The notes under the pieces are model-generated. The model ran no database searches. It was not told where the DNA came from and saw only the letters and a list, made by a program, of their open reading frames with translations. A DNA stretch of 63,278 nt, the filler included, from Actinomycetota bacterium (GTDB lineage: Bacteria > Actinomycetota > Acidimicrobiia > IMCC26256 > VFJJ01): assembly GCA_009886115.1 (NCBI GenBank). It is 4 parts of 4 records of this genome, joined end to end, with 100 filler letters (N's around TTAATTAATTAA, not from the genome) between each part and the next. Parts side by side here need not be neighbours in the genome. Positions count along the whole stretch, not along the records: positions 17,474 to 28,230 come from VFJJ01000002.1; positions 28,331 to 59,913 come from VFJJ01000166.1; 2 more parts are not named here. One strand, given 5' to 3'. This document shows, piece after piece, positions 19,919-31,782 of the stretch (position 1 is its first letter; each line of letters opens with the position of its first letter). Position numbers and translations under genes: made by a program.

Positions 19919-20828
19919 GGCCGAATTTCGCTCGGTAGGCCGGGATCTCGATCATCGGTGGGCGCTCGCGCACTTCCACCGGCACCCGCTCGACGGCCCC
20001 GTCGACGTAGCGCACCAGCTCGTGCCCGAGCCCCTCGACGGTGACGCCGGCCCGACGCAGCGCGATCTGCAGGATGGCCATGCTCGTGGGGGCCAGCTCG
20101 ATGAGGGGCCGGTTCCGGTGCTCGCGCACCCCGAGGTCGACCTGGGCGATGGCGCCGAGGCCGTACCGCTCGGCGATGTCGACGAGCAGGCCGATCTCGA
20201 CCCCCCAGCCCTCGACGAACGGCACCTCCTCGAACACCTCGCGGCGGCCCGCGTACTCGCCGCCGAGCGGCTGCACGATCCCCGTGAGTTGGGGGAAGAA
20301 GGAGGAGATGAGCGGCCGGGCCATCAGCTCGGTGACCCGTCCACCGCCGTTGGGGTCGTCGCCGAGGGGGCGGCGGTAGAACGCCTTCACGAACCCGGTG
20401 GACGGACGGCCCAGGAGCGGCCCGAGCAGGCCCACGACGAAGTGCGAGCCGAAGTTGAGGAGGTCGGCGTCGAGCCAGCAGATGATGTCGCCCGTGGTGG
20501 CGTACAGCGACTTCCACATGACCTCGCCCTTGCCCGTGCCGCAGCAGAGCTCGGGGAGGACCGTCTCGGCGGGCACGACTCGCGCTCCGGCGTCGGCGGC
20601 GATGCTGGCCGTGTCGTCGGACGAGCCGTCGTCCATCACGACGAGATCATCGATGAGGGGGCAACGGTCGACGAGGTCGCGGCGGAGGATCGAGACGATC
20701 TCGCCCACCGTGGCGGCTTCGTTTCGCGCCGGGAGGCACACCGAGACGGTGGTGTGGGAGGCCAGCTTCGACTCGCAGAGTCGAGCGGCATCGAAGTCGC
20801 CTGCGGCGGAGACGGGGGACTGCGGCAT
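19902..20828 (-). CDS. gpgS: Glucosyl-3-phosphoglycerate synthase
   Basis: VCLPARNEAATVG, DDGSSD, GKGEVMW, DAD, GGGRVTELMARP, QPLGGEYAG, REHRNR. Confidence 0.9.
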   Translation of the reverse strand: MPQSPVSAAGDFDAARLCESKLASHTTVSVCLPARNEAATVGEIVSILRRDLVDRCPLIDDLVVMDDGSSDDTASIAADAGARVVPAETVLPELCCGTGKGEVMWKSLYATTGDIICWLDADLLNFGSHFVVGLLGPLLGRPSTGFVKAFYRRPLGDDPNGGGRVTELMARPLISSFFPQLTGIVQPLGGEYAGRREVFEEVPFVEGWGVEIGLLVDIAERYGLGAIAQVDLGVREHRNRPLIELAPTSMAILQIALRRAGVTVEGLGHELVRYVDGAVERVPVEVRERPPMIEIPAYRAKFGRELTA

Positions 20829-20952
20829 GATCGAGGGCCCGAGTGTCGGCGGCGCTGCCGGGCGGCAGGGCGACGTAGGCCGACATTCTTGCACCGGCTG
20901 ACACCGAACTCTCGGCCGGCGCAATATTGCCTGCGGGGATGAACGCCGCGTC

Positions 20953-20958
20953 TATGCT
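20953..20958 (+). promoter_or_regulatory. Probable -10 element (TATGCT) for the riboswitch leader
   Basis: TANNNT hexamer about 13 nt upstream of the SAM-I P1 stem. Confidence 0.55.
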
Positions 20959-20970
20959 TGCTGGCAACGC

Positions 20971-21078
20971 GCTCATCGAGAGCGGCTGAGGGACAGGCCC
21001 TGTGACGCCGCGGCAACCCCGACGACCGTCGTCCTCGTGACGCCGATCGTCGACGGTGCCAATGCCTGATCGATGAGT
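20971..21078 (+). ncRNA. SAM-I (S-box) riboswitch, compact form without an evident P4
   Basis: P1 CTCATC/GATGAG, ATCGAGAG, GAGGGACAGGCCC..TGAC kink-turn arm, GGCAACC, GGTGCCAA core. Confidence 0.9.
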
Positions 21079-21205
21079 ACAGCCAAACGCCCGCCCCGTC
21101 ATCCAGCCGGGTCGGTGGTGCGGCACTCTGAACGGCTGAGAGGCCCGAGCGCGTCGAACAGCACCGGGGAAGACCCGGTGCCCGGCGAGCCAGGAGGGGC
21201 CAGCC

Positions 21206-22495
21206 ATGCCGAGTGGGGAAACGTCAGTGAAGGCATCGAAGCCAGCGGGCGCGGGAGCGCCGTTGGGCTCGTGCTTCGCCCAGGGGCTGCGCTGTCGCGA
21301 TTGCGGGCGCGAGTACGAGATGGCGCCCGTGCACTTTTGCGAGTGGTGCTTCGGCTCGCTCGAGGTCGCGTACGATCTCGACGCCATCCGCTCGGTGATC
21401 AGCCGTGAGCGGATCGCTTCCGGGCCGCGATCGATCTGGCGCTACGCCGACCTGCTGCCCGCCGCGTATCACCCCCGCGTCGACCTGGGGACGGGCTTCA
21501 CGCCGCTCGTGCGCGCCGATCGGCTGGCTGCACACTTGGGCCTGCGCGAGCTCTGGGTCAAAGACGACACCCGCAACCCCACGAACTCGTTCAAGGACCG
21601 GGTCGTCAACGTGGCCCTGGCCAAGGCGCTCGAGTTCGGGTTCGAGACCGTCGCTTGTGCCTCGACGGGCAACCTGGCGAACTCGGTCGCGGCGCACGCG
21701 GCCCGGGGGGGCCTGGCCAGCTACGTGTTCGTCCCGGCCAACCTGGAAGCGGGCAAGATCCTCACCACGGCGATCTTCGCGGGCAACGTGGTGGCGGTCG
21801 ACGGCAACTACGACGACGTGAACCGGCTCTGCGCCGAGCTGGCCGACGCATTCCCGTGGGCGTTCGTCAACGTGAACGTGCGCGCGTTCTACTCGGAGGG
21901 CTCGAAGACGCTCGCCTACGAGACCGCCGAGCAGCTCGGCTGGCAACTGCCCGACCACATCGTCGCCCCCATGGCCTCGGGCTCGTTGCTCACCAAGCTC
22001 CACAAGGGCTTCAAGGAGCTGGCCGCGGTGGGGCTGATCGACGGGCCGGTCACCACACGGGTGTCGGGAGCCCAGGCGGCCGGATGCTCGCCCATCGCCA
22101 CGGCGTTCATCGAGCAGTCCGACGTCATCAAGCCGGTCAAGCCCGACACCATCGCCAAGTCGCTCGCCATCGGCAACCCCGCCGACGGGTACTACGCCCT
22201 CGATGTCGTGCGCACCACCAGCGGCGCCTGCGTCGCGGTCAGCGACGACGAGGTCGTGGAGGGCATGCGGCTGCTCGCCCGGACCGAGGGGATCTTCGCC
22301 GAGACGGCGGGCGGGGTCACCACGGCCGGGCTGTGCCAACTCGTCCGCGACGGCGTGGTCGATCCCGACGAGCGCATCGTCCTCTACATCACCGGGCACG
22401 GGCTCAAGACCCTCGACGCCGTCGAGCCGCATGTCGGCCCCACGGCCACCATCAGCCCCACCCTCGAAGCCTTCAAGTCCACCTTCGCCGTCTGA
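21206..22495 (+). CDS. Threonine synthase-like PLP enzyme (possibly O-phosphohomoserine sulfhydrylase)
   Basis: N-terminal CxxC..CxxC, NPTNSFKDR PLP lysine, CASTGN, EGSKT, SLAIGNPADG, TGHGLK; AGGAGG RBS. Confidence 0.88.
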   Translation: MPSGETSVKASKPAGAGAPLGSCFAQGLRCRDCGREYEMAPVHFCEWCFGSLEVAYDLDAIRSVISRERIASGPRSIWRYADLLPAAYHPRVDLGTGFTPLVRADRLAAHLGLRELWVKDDTRNPTNSFKDRVVNVALAKALEFGFETVACASTGNLANSVAAHAARGGLASYVFVPANLEAGKILTTAIFAGNVVAVDGNYDDVNRLCAELADAFPWAFVNVNVRAFYSEGSKTLAYETAEQLGWQLPDHIVAPMASGSLLTKLHKGFKELAAVGLIDGPVTTRVSGAQAAGCSPIATAFIEQSDVIKPVKPDTIAKSLAIGNPADGYYALDVVRTTSGACVAVSDDEVVEGMRLLARTEGIFAETAGGVTTAGLCQLVRDGVVDPDERIVLYITGHGLKTLDAVEPHVGPTATISPTLEAFKSTFAV

Positions 22496-22561
22496 GTCTC
22501 GAGCGATCCCCAGATCCTCGGATCCTCGGGTCCAGTCGACGTGAACGAGAGAGATCCTGCG

Positions 22562-22840
22562 ATGCCTTCGGTCTCGGTTCGGATTCCCACCCAACTGCGG
22601 TCGCTCACCGGCGGCCTGGCCGAGGTCGTCCTCGACGGCGCGACCGTCGGCGACGTGCTCAGGGCGCTCGACGTGTCCCATCCCGGCTTCGGTGAACGGA
22701 TCTTCGACGAGGCCGGCAAGCTCCGTCGGTTCGTCAACGTCTTCGTCGCCGAGGAGGATGTGCGCTTCCTCGACGGGCTCGACACGCCGGTCACCGCGGG
22801 GCAGGTCCTCTCGATCGTCCCGGCCGTCGCCGGGGGCTGA
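22562..22840 (+). CDS. MoaD/ThiS/CysO-family sulfur carrier protein
   Basis: VRIPTQLR, LRRFVNVFV..EDVRFL, C-terminal PAVAGG. Confidence 0.92.
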   Translation: MPSVSVRIPTQLRSLTGGLAEVVLDGATVGDVLRALDVSHPGFGERIFDEAGKLRRFVNVFVAEEDVRFLDGLDTPVTAGQVLSIVPAVAGG

Positions 22841-22968
22841 ACCCGTCGGTCTGGGGGCAGACGTGCTCGCCCGGTGAGCATTTCTGCCCCCGATCACCCG
22901 ATTGGCTCCAGGTGGGCCCGTTCCCTGCCGACACCTGCGGTCGGAACGACCACGGTGGAGGGCAACCG

Positions 22969-23340
22969 ATGAGCTACGTCCTGGTGGTGGACGACTCCGA
23001 AGACGTCCGGCGTTCGCTCTGCGAGACGTTGGACGAGCACGGGTACGTCACCAAGGTGGCCGCCGACGGTCTCGAAGCCCTGGAGCTGATCGTCGAGGCC
23101 CGACCCGACGTGATCCTGCTCGATCTCCGCATGCCCGGTCTCGACGGGCTCGGCCTGCTCGAGGAGATGCGCCGTCAGGGGCTGCTGCCGGGACTCCGGG
23201 TCATCCTCTTGTCGGTGGAGGCCGAGGAGCGGGCCTTCGTGCGGGCGTTCGCGCTCGGGGCCGTCGAGTACCTCACCAAGCCCGTCGACGAGGACGTGCT
23301 GCTCGCGACGATCCGGGGCATCGCCGTCAACGCGGGCTGA
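22969..23340 (+). CDS. Single-domain response regulator (receiver)
   Basis: [22 protein letters not shown]. Confidence 0.9.
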   Translation: MSYVLVVDDSEDVRRSLCETLDEHGYVTKVAADGLEALELIVEARPDVILLDLRMPGLDGLGLLEEMRRQGLLPGLRVILLSVEAEERAFVRAFALGAVEYLTKPVDEDVLLATIRGIAVNAG

Positions 23341-23986
23341 CGTAGACCGACTCGGCCACCGACGTCGGGATGAGCGTGTCTCCCAAGGCCGTACGGACGC
23401 GCACCCCTTCGACGTCGACGCCGATCACCTCGGCCGCGCACCCGGGGATGAGCCGGTTCCGCCCGAGCAGCGCCAGGGCCGAGTCGTCGAGCTCGAGCTG
23501 CTCGACGATCCGGGTGATGGTGACCGGCCCGATCGGCGCCTCGGTGAGGGTCACGGTCACGGTCGGCGTGTGACGGCGGAGATTGCCGGGGATCGGGTTG
23601 CCGTGCGGGCAGCTCGCAGGATCGCCGAGCAGCTCGACGAGCTTGACCTCGACCTCGTCGGAGATGACGTGCTCCCAGCGGCACGCCTCCTTGTGGACCT
23701 TCTCCCATTCGAGCCCGATGATGTCGCTCAGGAGCCGCTCGGCCAGGCGGTGGCGGCGCACCATGGTGGTGGCCAGCTCCCGTCCCGAGACGGTGAGATG
23801 GATCGACCGGTCGTCGTTGAGCGAGACCAGGTCGTGATCGACCAGGCGCTGGACGGTCTCCGAGACGGCCGGCGCCGACAGGCCCAGGCGCTCGACGAGG
23901 CGGGCCCGCATCGGGGTGATCCCTTCCTCTTCGATCTCGAAGATCGTCTCGAGGTACTCCTCGGTGGCGTCGTGCAGTTCGGCCAT
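23327..23986 (-). CDS. ideR: DtxR/IdeR family metal-dependent repressor
   Basis: [42 protein letters not shown], FeoA-like C-terminus. Confidence 0.9.
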   Translation of the reverse strand: MAELHDATEEYLETIFEIEEEGITPMRARLVERLGLSAPAVSETVQRLVDHDLVSLNDDRSIHLTVSGRELATTMVRRHRLAERLLSDIIGLEWEKVHKEACRWEHVISDEVEVKLVELLGDPASCPHGNPIPGNLRRHTPTVTVTLTEAPIGPVTITRIVEQLELDDSALALLGRNRLIPGCAAEVIGVDVEGVRVRTALGDTLIPTSVAESVYVSPR

Positions 23987-23990
23987 GCGG

Positions 23991-24009
23991 TGAGGTTACC
24001 CAACCCTTA
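23991..24009. promoter_or_regulatory. Putative DtxR/IdeR box overlapping the ideR -10 element
   Basis: TGAGGTTACCCAACCCTTA, 15/19 match to TWAGGTWAGSCTWACCTWA; minus strand reads TAACCT-N6-ATG. Confidence 0.65.
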
Positions 24010-24177
24010 GTTCTCTGGAAAGCGCCCGAGGAGACCGTCGGTGGCCAATCCGGGCCAATCGGCGGTCGATCTGCGGGTGCTCTTCGGGTGCTCTGGGGGT
24101 GATCTGCGGTCGGATGGACGCCATGCACGCCTGTATCGTCTCCCGGTGCGTCGCGGATGACGCCCTGACGTGGTCGT

Positions 24178-24204
24178 TTGGCAGTCGTCGAGGAAGAGTG
24201 CTGG
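24178..24204 (+). promoter_or_regulatory. Degenerate CIRCE (HrcA operator)
   Basis: TTGGCAGTC-N9-GAGTGCTGG. Confidence 0.65.
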
Positions 24205-24209
24205 CTGCA

Positions 24210-24236
24210 TTAGCACTCGACGAGGTGGAGTGCTAA
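24210..24236 (+). promoter_or_regulatory. CIRCE (HrcA operator)
   Basis: Perfect TTAGCACTC-N9-GAGTGCTAA upstream of groEL. Confidence 0.96.
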
Positions 24237-24351
24237 CATCCTCCACGAGCCCCCGATTGTCCCAGCGTCGCTGGATTGTCGTCGGAGGGTGTGTCCCGAA
24301 CCCGAACCGAGACTGTCCGACGCGGACAGCGCGGTGTCTCGCAGGAGCTGA

Positions 24352-26013
<1,662 letters not shown>

Positions 26014-26064
26014 GTCGCCATCTGCTTTCGCTGTCTGCGTTTCCAGATTCCAGCATCTGTTGTC

Positions 26065-26101
26065 AGTGGGGCGCCCCTCAGGGGGCGCCCCACTTTCGTT
26101 T
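26065..26101 (+). terminator. Intrinsic terminator after groEL
   Basis: 13-bp stem AGTGGGGCGCCCC/GGGGCGCCCCACT followed by a T-rich tail. Confidence 0.88.
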
Positions 26102-26373
26102 GGGCCCGAGAACGGTCCAACGCCGGAGCGGTCTGCGTCGAGATGCTCGCAGCCCACGATCGATGGTGGCCGAGGAGATGAGTGCGGCGGAACTTGTCGA
26201 GGCCGTTGAACAGGCGCCGGTCGATGGCCGGTTCGGGTCCTCCCATGAACCGAGGGCATCACGGCGCCCGAGTTGACGAAGGCGTGTCACAAGACCGTGC
26301 CGACGATCGTCGAATGTGTGGGTGGTCCATCGTGGGCGCCCGATCGACGAGTCGACGGATATCGGAGGCGGAT

Positions 26374-27960
26374 GTGAGCGCATCGAGCGCATCGAGCGAG
26401 ACCTACGACGTGGCGGTTGTGGGAGGCGGCCTCGCCGGGCTGGCCGCAGCGGCGACCGCGGCCCGAGCCGGGGGGACCGTCGTCGTGCTCGTTGGCCAAC
26501 AGCTCGGGGGGCGGGCGACGACCACGGTGCTCGACGGCTTCCGTCTCAACCAGGGCCCCCATGCGCTCTACCGCAGCGGGGCCGGCATGGCGACGCTGCG
26601 CCGGCTCGGTGTGTCACCCGTTGGCCGCCCGCCCGACGTCCGTAAGGCATTCGGCCGACGCGCCGGGGAGGTTCATCCGATGCCCACACATCCCCGTGCC
26701 TTGCTGCGAACGCCGCTGCTGGCCAGCCCGGCCGCCCGGTGGGAGCTGGCTCGGATCATGGGCCGGATCCGCAGCCGTGGCTTCGACCCCGCGGTATACG
26801 CCGGGCAGTCGTTCGGTGCGTGGCTCGGCGAGCACGTTGGCCACGACGATGTCGCGGATCTGGTCCGCACGATGGTGCGGCTCACGACGTACGTCGGCAA
26901 TGCCGACGCTCTCGACGCCGCCGCGGCATTGGCCCAGGTGCGCCTGGGCATCACGAACGGTGTGCTCTACCTGCACGGGGGTTGGGGGCGTCTGGTCGAT
27001 CGGCTGGCTGTTGAGGCGCGGGAGGCTGGTGCGACCATCGAGACCGGGGCGACGGCGATCGCCGTCGAACCGGGAGGACCGTTGGCAAGCGGCGGCCGTG
27101 ACACCTGGACCGTCTGCGCATCGGACGAGCGCTTGGGCGTTCGGGAATATCACGCTCGGACGGTCGTCGTCGCGGGTGGTCGTCCCTCGGTCGCGGCCCG
27201 ACTCCTGGGGCTGGGGGAGCGCTGGAATCGGTTGGCGCCGCAATGCGCTTCGGTGCTCGATGTCGGCCTGGCCGACGGGCGCGGCGGACCGCCCGAACGG
27301 AACATCATCCTGGGTGTCGACCGTCCCCTGTACGCATCGCTGCACTCGCCGCCGGCCGATCTCGCTCCCCCCGGGCACTCCCTCGTGAGCGCGCTGCGCT
27401 ACCACGACGTGGATGGTGATCCCGACGGCGTCGCCGCAGTTGTGCCCGACGGGATCGAGCCGTCCGGCGAGACCGAACCCGAACCCGAACCCGAACCCGA
27501 ACCCGAACCCGAACCCGAGCCCTCTGGTTCAGCTGAGACGCGCCAGACGGTCGGCCCGACGACCGACCACCACGTCGAAAGTCGGGCCGAGCTCACCGCG
27601 CTCGTCGAGGCCATGGGCACCGACCCGGCCCAGGCCGTCGTGCAGCGATACTTGCACCGCATGGTCGTGTGCACGGGGCTTCCCACGCCGGAGTCGGGCG
27701 GGATGGCGGGGCGGCCGTCGATCGCGGTCGATGGCCGGCCGGGCGTGTTCGTCGCCGGCGACTGGGTCGGCCCCGACGGGTTGCTCGCCGACGGTGCGCT
27801 CGCCAGCGGCGAGGCGGCCGGGCTGGCCGCCCTCGAACGTGCTCATCAGCTCCGGGCGGGGGCTTCTGGCTCGATACCGCGATCGAGCCGGCCTACCCAA
27901 GCGGCGGCGGGTTCTGTACGGCGCTGGCGACGGGCGACCTCGAGATGCTGCGAGGCGTGA
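26374..27960 (+). CDS. FAD-dependent oxidoreductase (phytoene desaturase/amine oxidase-like); start uncertain
   Basis: VVGGGLAGL, LGGRA, NQGPHALY, YLHGGW, VAGDWVG..GLLADGALASG. Confidence 0.82.
   Translation: MSASSASSETYDVAVVGGGLAGLAAAATAARAGGTVVVLVGQQLGGRATTTVLDGFRLNQGPHALYRSGAGMATLRRLGVSPVGRPPDVRKAFGRRAGEVHPMPTHPRALLRTPLLASPAARWELARIMGRIRSRGFDPAVYAGQSFGAWLGEHVGHDDVADLVRTMVRLTTYVGNADALDAAAALAQVRLGITNGVLYLHGGWGRLVDRLAVEAREAGATIETGATAIAVEPGGPLASGGRDTWTVCASDERLGVREYHARTVVVAGGRPSVAARLLGLGERWNRLAPQCASVLDVGLADGRGGPPERNIILGVDRPLYASLHSPPADLAPPGHSLVSALRYHDVDGDPDGVAAVVPDGIEPSGETEPEPEPEPEPEPEPEPSGSAETRQTVGPTTDHHVESRAELTALVEAMGTDPAQAVVQRYLHRMVVCTGLPTPESGGMAGRPSIAVDGRPGVFVAGDWVGPDGLLADGALASGEAAGLAALERAHQLRAGASGSIPRSSRPTQAAAGSVRRWRRATSRCCEA
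27475..27522 (+). repeat. In-frame hexamer repeat (GAACCC)7 GAGCCC encoding (EP)8
   Basis: Directly visible inside the oxidoreductase ORF. Confidence 0.95.
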
Positions 27961-28230
27961 TGATCGACGACGTCGTGCTCACGACCGACGGAGGCCCGTC
28001 CCGGCACGCGGCACGTCGACCCGTGCGAGGCGCCGACCGGGTGAGCCGCCTCCTGATGAGCGTGACCCGCCGCCTGCCCGCCGATCTGAAGTACGTGGCG
28101 GTGCGCGTCAACGGCCAACCGGGGATGGTGTGCCATCGAGCGGGCATCGTCGACCTGGTCTGGTCGCTCGAGATGGTCGACGAGGGGATCGTCGCCTTCC
28201 GATCGGTGCTCAACCCTGAGAAGCTGGCCG
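27903..28230 (+). pseudogene. Isolated C-terminal SnoaL-like domain of an ECF41/SigJ-type sigma factor (runs off the contig)
   Basis: F..A..TGDL..L...DDVVLTTDGG..AARRPVRGADRV..VNGQPG..VLNPEKL; no sigma2/sigma4 region upstream. Confidence 0.7.
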
Positions 28231-28330
28231 NNNNNNNNNNNNNNNNNNNNNNNNNNNNNNNNNNNNNNNNNNNNTTAATTAATTAANNNNNNNNNNNNNN
28301 NNNNNNNNNNNNNNNNNNNNNNNNNNNNNN
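28231..28330. other. Artificial contig linker
   Basis: N runs around TTAATTAATTAA. Confidence 0.99.
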
Positions 28331-28405
28331 CCCGTCTGCGAGCCCCGTCCCCATGCCCCGTCCCCATGCGGAACGGCGCGTGAGCGCCCTTTATGCTCCC
28401 GGCCC

Positions 28406-28822
28406 ATGGCTGATCGCACACTCGTCCTCTGCAAGCCCGACGCCGTCGAGCGGGGCCTCGTGGGAGAGATCGTCGGGCGCTTCGAGCGCAAGGGACTCCG
28501 CCTCGTCGCCATCAAGATGCTCACGATCGACGCCGACCTCGCGGCCCGTCACTACGCCGAGCACACGAGCAAGGGTTTCTACCCCGAGCTCGCGGCGTTC
28601 ATCAGCCGCAGCCCGTCGATCGCGCTCGTCATCGAGGGCACCGAGGCGTTCAAGGTCGTTCGCACGCTGATGGGGGCCACCAACCCGCGTGAGGCGGCAC
28701 CGGGGACGGTCCGCGGCGATCTGGCCATCGAGGTGACCGAGAACCTCGTGCACGGCTCCGACTCGCCCGAATCGGCCGAGCGCGAGATCGCGATCTTCTT
28801 TCCGGAGCTCATTTCCTCCTGA
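28406..28822 (+). CDS. ndk: Nucleoside diphosphate kinase
   Basis: [33 protein letters not shown]. Confidence 0.97.
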   Translation: MADRTLVLCKPDAVERGLVGEIVGRFERKGLRLVAIKMLTIDADLAARHYAEHTSKGFYPELAAFISRSPSIALVIEGTEAFKVVRTLMGATNPREAAPGTVRGDLAIEVTENLVHGSDSPESAEREIAIFFPELISS

Positions 28823-28965
28823 TCGGCAGTGTTTGCGCCGATTTCCGCAGTTCGGTCGAGACACAGCAGGCCAGCGCCGACTACACTTTGCTCGCCAGCC
28901 ACGGCGCTCTGTCGCGTTCCGTGAGTTCGGTGCCGGCCTCCGGCTCGTCGAGGAGAGGTACCCTC

Positions 28966-30003
<1,038 letters not shown>

Positions 30004-30075
30004 GAGCGGGTTCACCGCCGCGAGCGTCGACACCGTGACGCTCACCGGTCGCCTCCGGGCGGCGAGACTGGCATC

Positions 30076-31161
30076 GTGATCCTGCCCCGGCTTCCGCATC
30101 GGCGGCGCTGGCTGGTCGCGGGGCTCGTCGTCGCCTCGATGGTCGTGATCACGATCGACCTGCAGGGTGGGGGGAGCACGGCCACGATGCGGTCGCGGGT
30201 GCAAGATGCCTTCTCGCCCGTCCAGCGCGCCGCCGACCGGGTGTTCTCGCCGGTCGGCGACTGGATCGACGGGGTGACGCGCGCCGGCGAGCTCAAGGAT
30301 GAGAACACCCGGCTGCGCGAGGCACTGGCCCAGAGCCTGGTGGAGCAGGCCCGGGTGTCGGAGATCGAGAAGGAGAACGCCGAGCTGCGAGCCCAGCTCG
30401 ATCTGCCCGGCGTCGACGAGACGATCGAACGCGTCGCCGCCCAGATCACCACGTTCGACGCGTCGCCCTACGAGGACGGGGTGGTGCTGAACAAGGGGAC
30501 CGACGCCGGAATTCGCGAAGGCATGCCCGTGCTGAGCAGTGAGGGACTGATCGGGCGGGTGGCTGTCGTCTCGAGCCGGACGGCCACGGTGGTGCTGTTG
30601 CACGATCCGCTCTTCGGCGTGGGCGTCAAGCTGGGTGACAGCGACAAGGCAGGCATCCTCGAGGGGACCGGCGACCCCGAGAAGCTCCGCCTCGTGGGCA
30701 TCGGCTCGTTGGTCGACGTCCGCCAGGGCGAGGAGGTCTACACCTCGGGCACCGACGTGAGCCGGTTCCCACCCGGGATCCTCGTGGGCACGGTATCGGG
30801 GTTCTCGACCGCGCCCGGGGCCACGACCCAGGACATCGAGGTCTTGCCCGTCCTCGAGCTCACCCGGCTCAAGTTCGTGCAGGTGCTGTTGTGGCCGCCC
30901 GACCCCGATCGGGTGACGGCCGCCACGGGGACCCCGGTGAACCCCGAGACGGGCCCTGTCGGGACGGGCGACGCCCCGACCTCGGTGACGCTCGGCGCCG
31001 GTGGGCCCGCCGCCCCGCTGGCGGCGACGACGTCGACGACTCCTGCCGCGCCGACCCCCACGACACTGCTCGATCTCACCCCGGCGCGAGGTACGGCCGT
31101 CGATCCTCCGCTCACGCGCCCGCCCGGGGCCGAGGACGTCAACCCGGACGATGCTCCCTGA
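30076..31161 (+). CDS. mreC: Rod shape-determining protein MreC
   Basis: N-terminal TM, coiled coil, NKGTDAGI..GMPV..GLIGRV, TSG..FPPGILVG; operon position. Confidence 0.92.
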   Translation: MILPRLPHRRRWLVAGLVVASMVVITIDLQGGGSTATMRSRVQDAFSPVQRAADRVFSPVGDWIDGVTRAGELKDENTRLREALAQSLVEQARVSEIEKENAELRAQLDLPGVDETIERVAAQITTFDASPYEDGVVLNKGTDAGIREGMPVLSSEGLIGRVAVVSSRTATVVLLHDPLFGVGVKLGDSDKAGILEGTGDPEKLRLVGIGSLVDVRQGEEVYTSGTDVSRFPPGILVGTVSGFSTAPGATTQDIEVLPVLELTRLKFVQVLLWPPDPDRVTAATGTPVNPETGPVGTGDAPTSVTLGAGGPAAPLAATTSTTPAAPTPTTLLDLTPARGTAVDPPLTRPPGAEDVNPDDAP

Positions 31162-31269
31162 TCCCGTGTGCGTCGAGGAGGCGCATCGCGAGCAGGCGGA
31201 CCTCGAGCCGGCGCATGCCGCCCCGGTGCACGCCCGCCCTGAGTTCCGCCGATCCGGGTGCGGGTTGAC

Positions 31270-31782
31270 ATGAGTTTCCGGCGCACCGTCACGCTGGTGA
31301 CGCTGTCGATGGCGGCCGTCCTCGCCCAGACCGTGTTGTTCCCGAACCTGAAGGCTGGGGGGGTCATCCCCGACATGGTGCTCGTCTCGGTGCTCGTCGT
31401 CGCCCTCGACGGCGGTCCCGAGTCCGGTGCCATCTACGGCTTCGGCAGTGGCCTGTTCATCGACATGTTCCTGCGGGAGCCGGCAGGTCTCTCGGCCCTG
31501 ACCTATACCATCGTCGGCTTCACCATGGGCCTGATCCGCGATCGCCTGATCCGCCATCCGTGGTGGCACTACCCGGCGATCGGCGCGCTCGGGTCGGTGG
31601 CCAGCGGGGCCTTGTTCGTCACGCTCGGGGGCCTCGCCGGGCAGGAGCATTTGTGGGCGGTGCGGTCGCTGCGGATCGTGCTCGTACGCGGGATCTACGA
31701 CGGCATGCTGGCCACGATCGTGCTCCCGCTGGGGTCGCGACTGCTCACGAGGGTGCCTCGTGTGCCATCCTCGCGTCGGTGA
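31270..31782 (+). CDS. mreD: Rod shape-determining protein MreD
   Basis: Hydrophobic, PDMVL, GAIYGFGSGLFID; between mreC and mrdA. Confidence 0.88.
   Translation: MSFRRTVTLVTLSMAAVLAQTVLFPNLKAGGVIPDMVLVSVLVVALDGGPESGAIYGFGSGLFIDMFLREPAGLSALTYTIVGFTMGLIRDRLIRHPWWHYPAIGALGSVASGALFVTLGGLAGQEHLWAVRSLRIVLVRGIYDGMLATIVLPLGSRLLTRVPRVPSSRR

Noticed and set aside
21079..21205. Cobalamin or TPP riboswitch in tandem with SAM-I
   Set aside because: Only short fragments (GGGAAG, GAGCCAGGAG, CTGAGA) match; the core consensus elements are missing.
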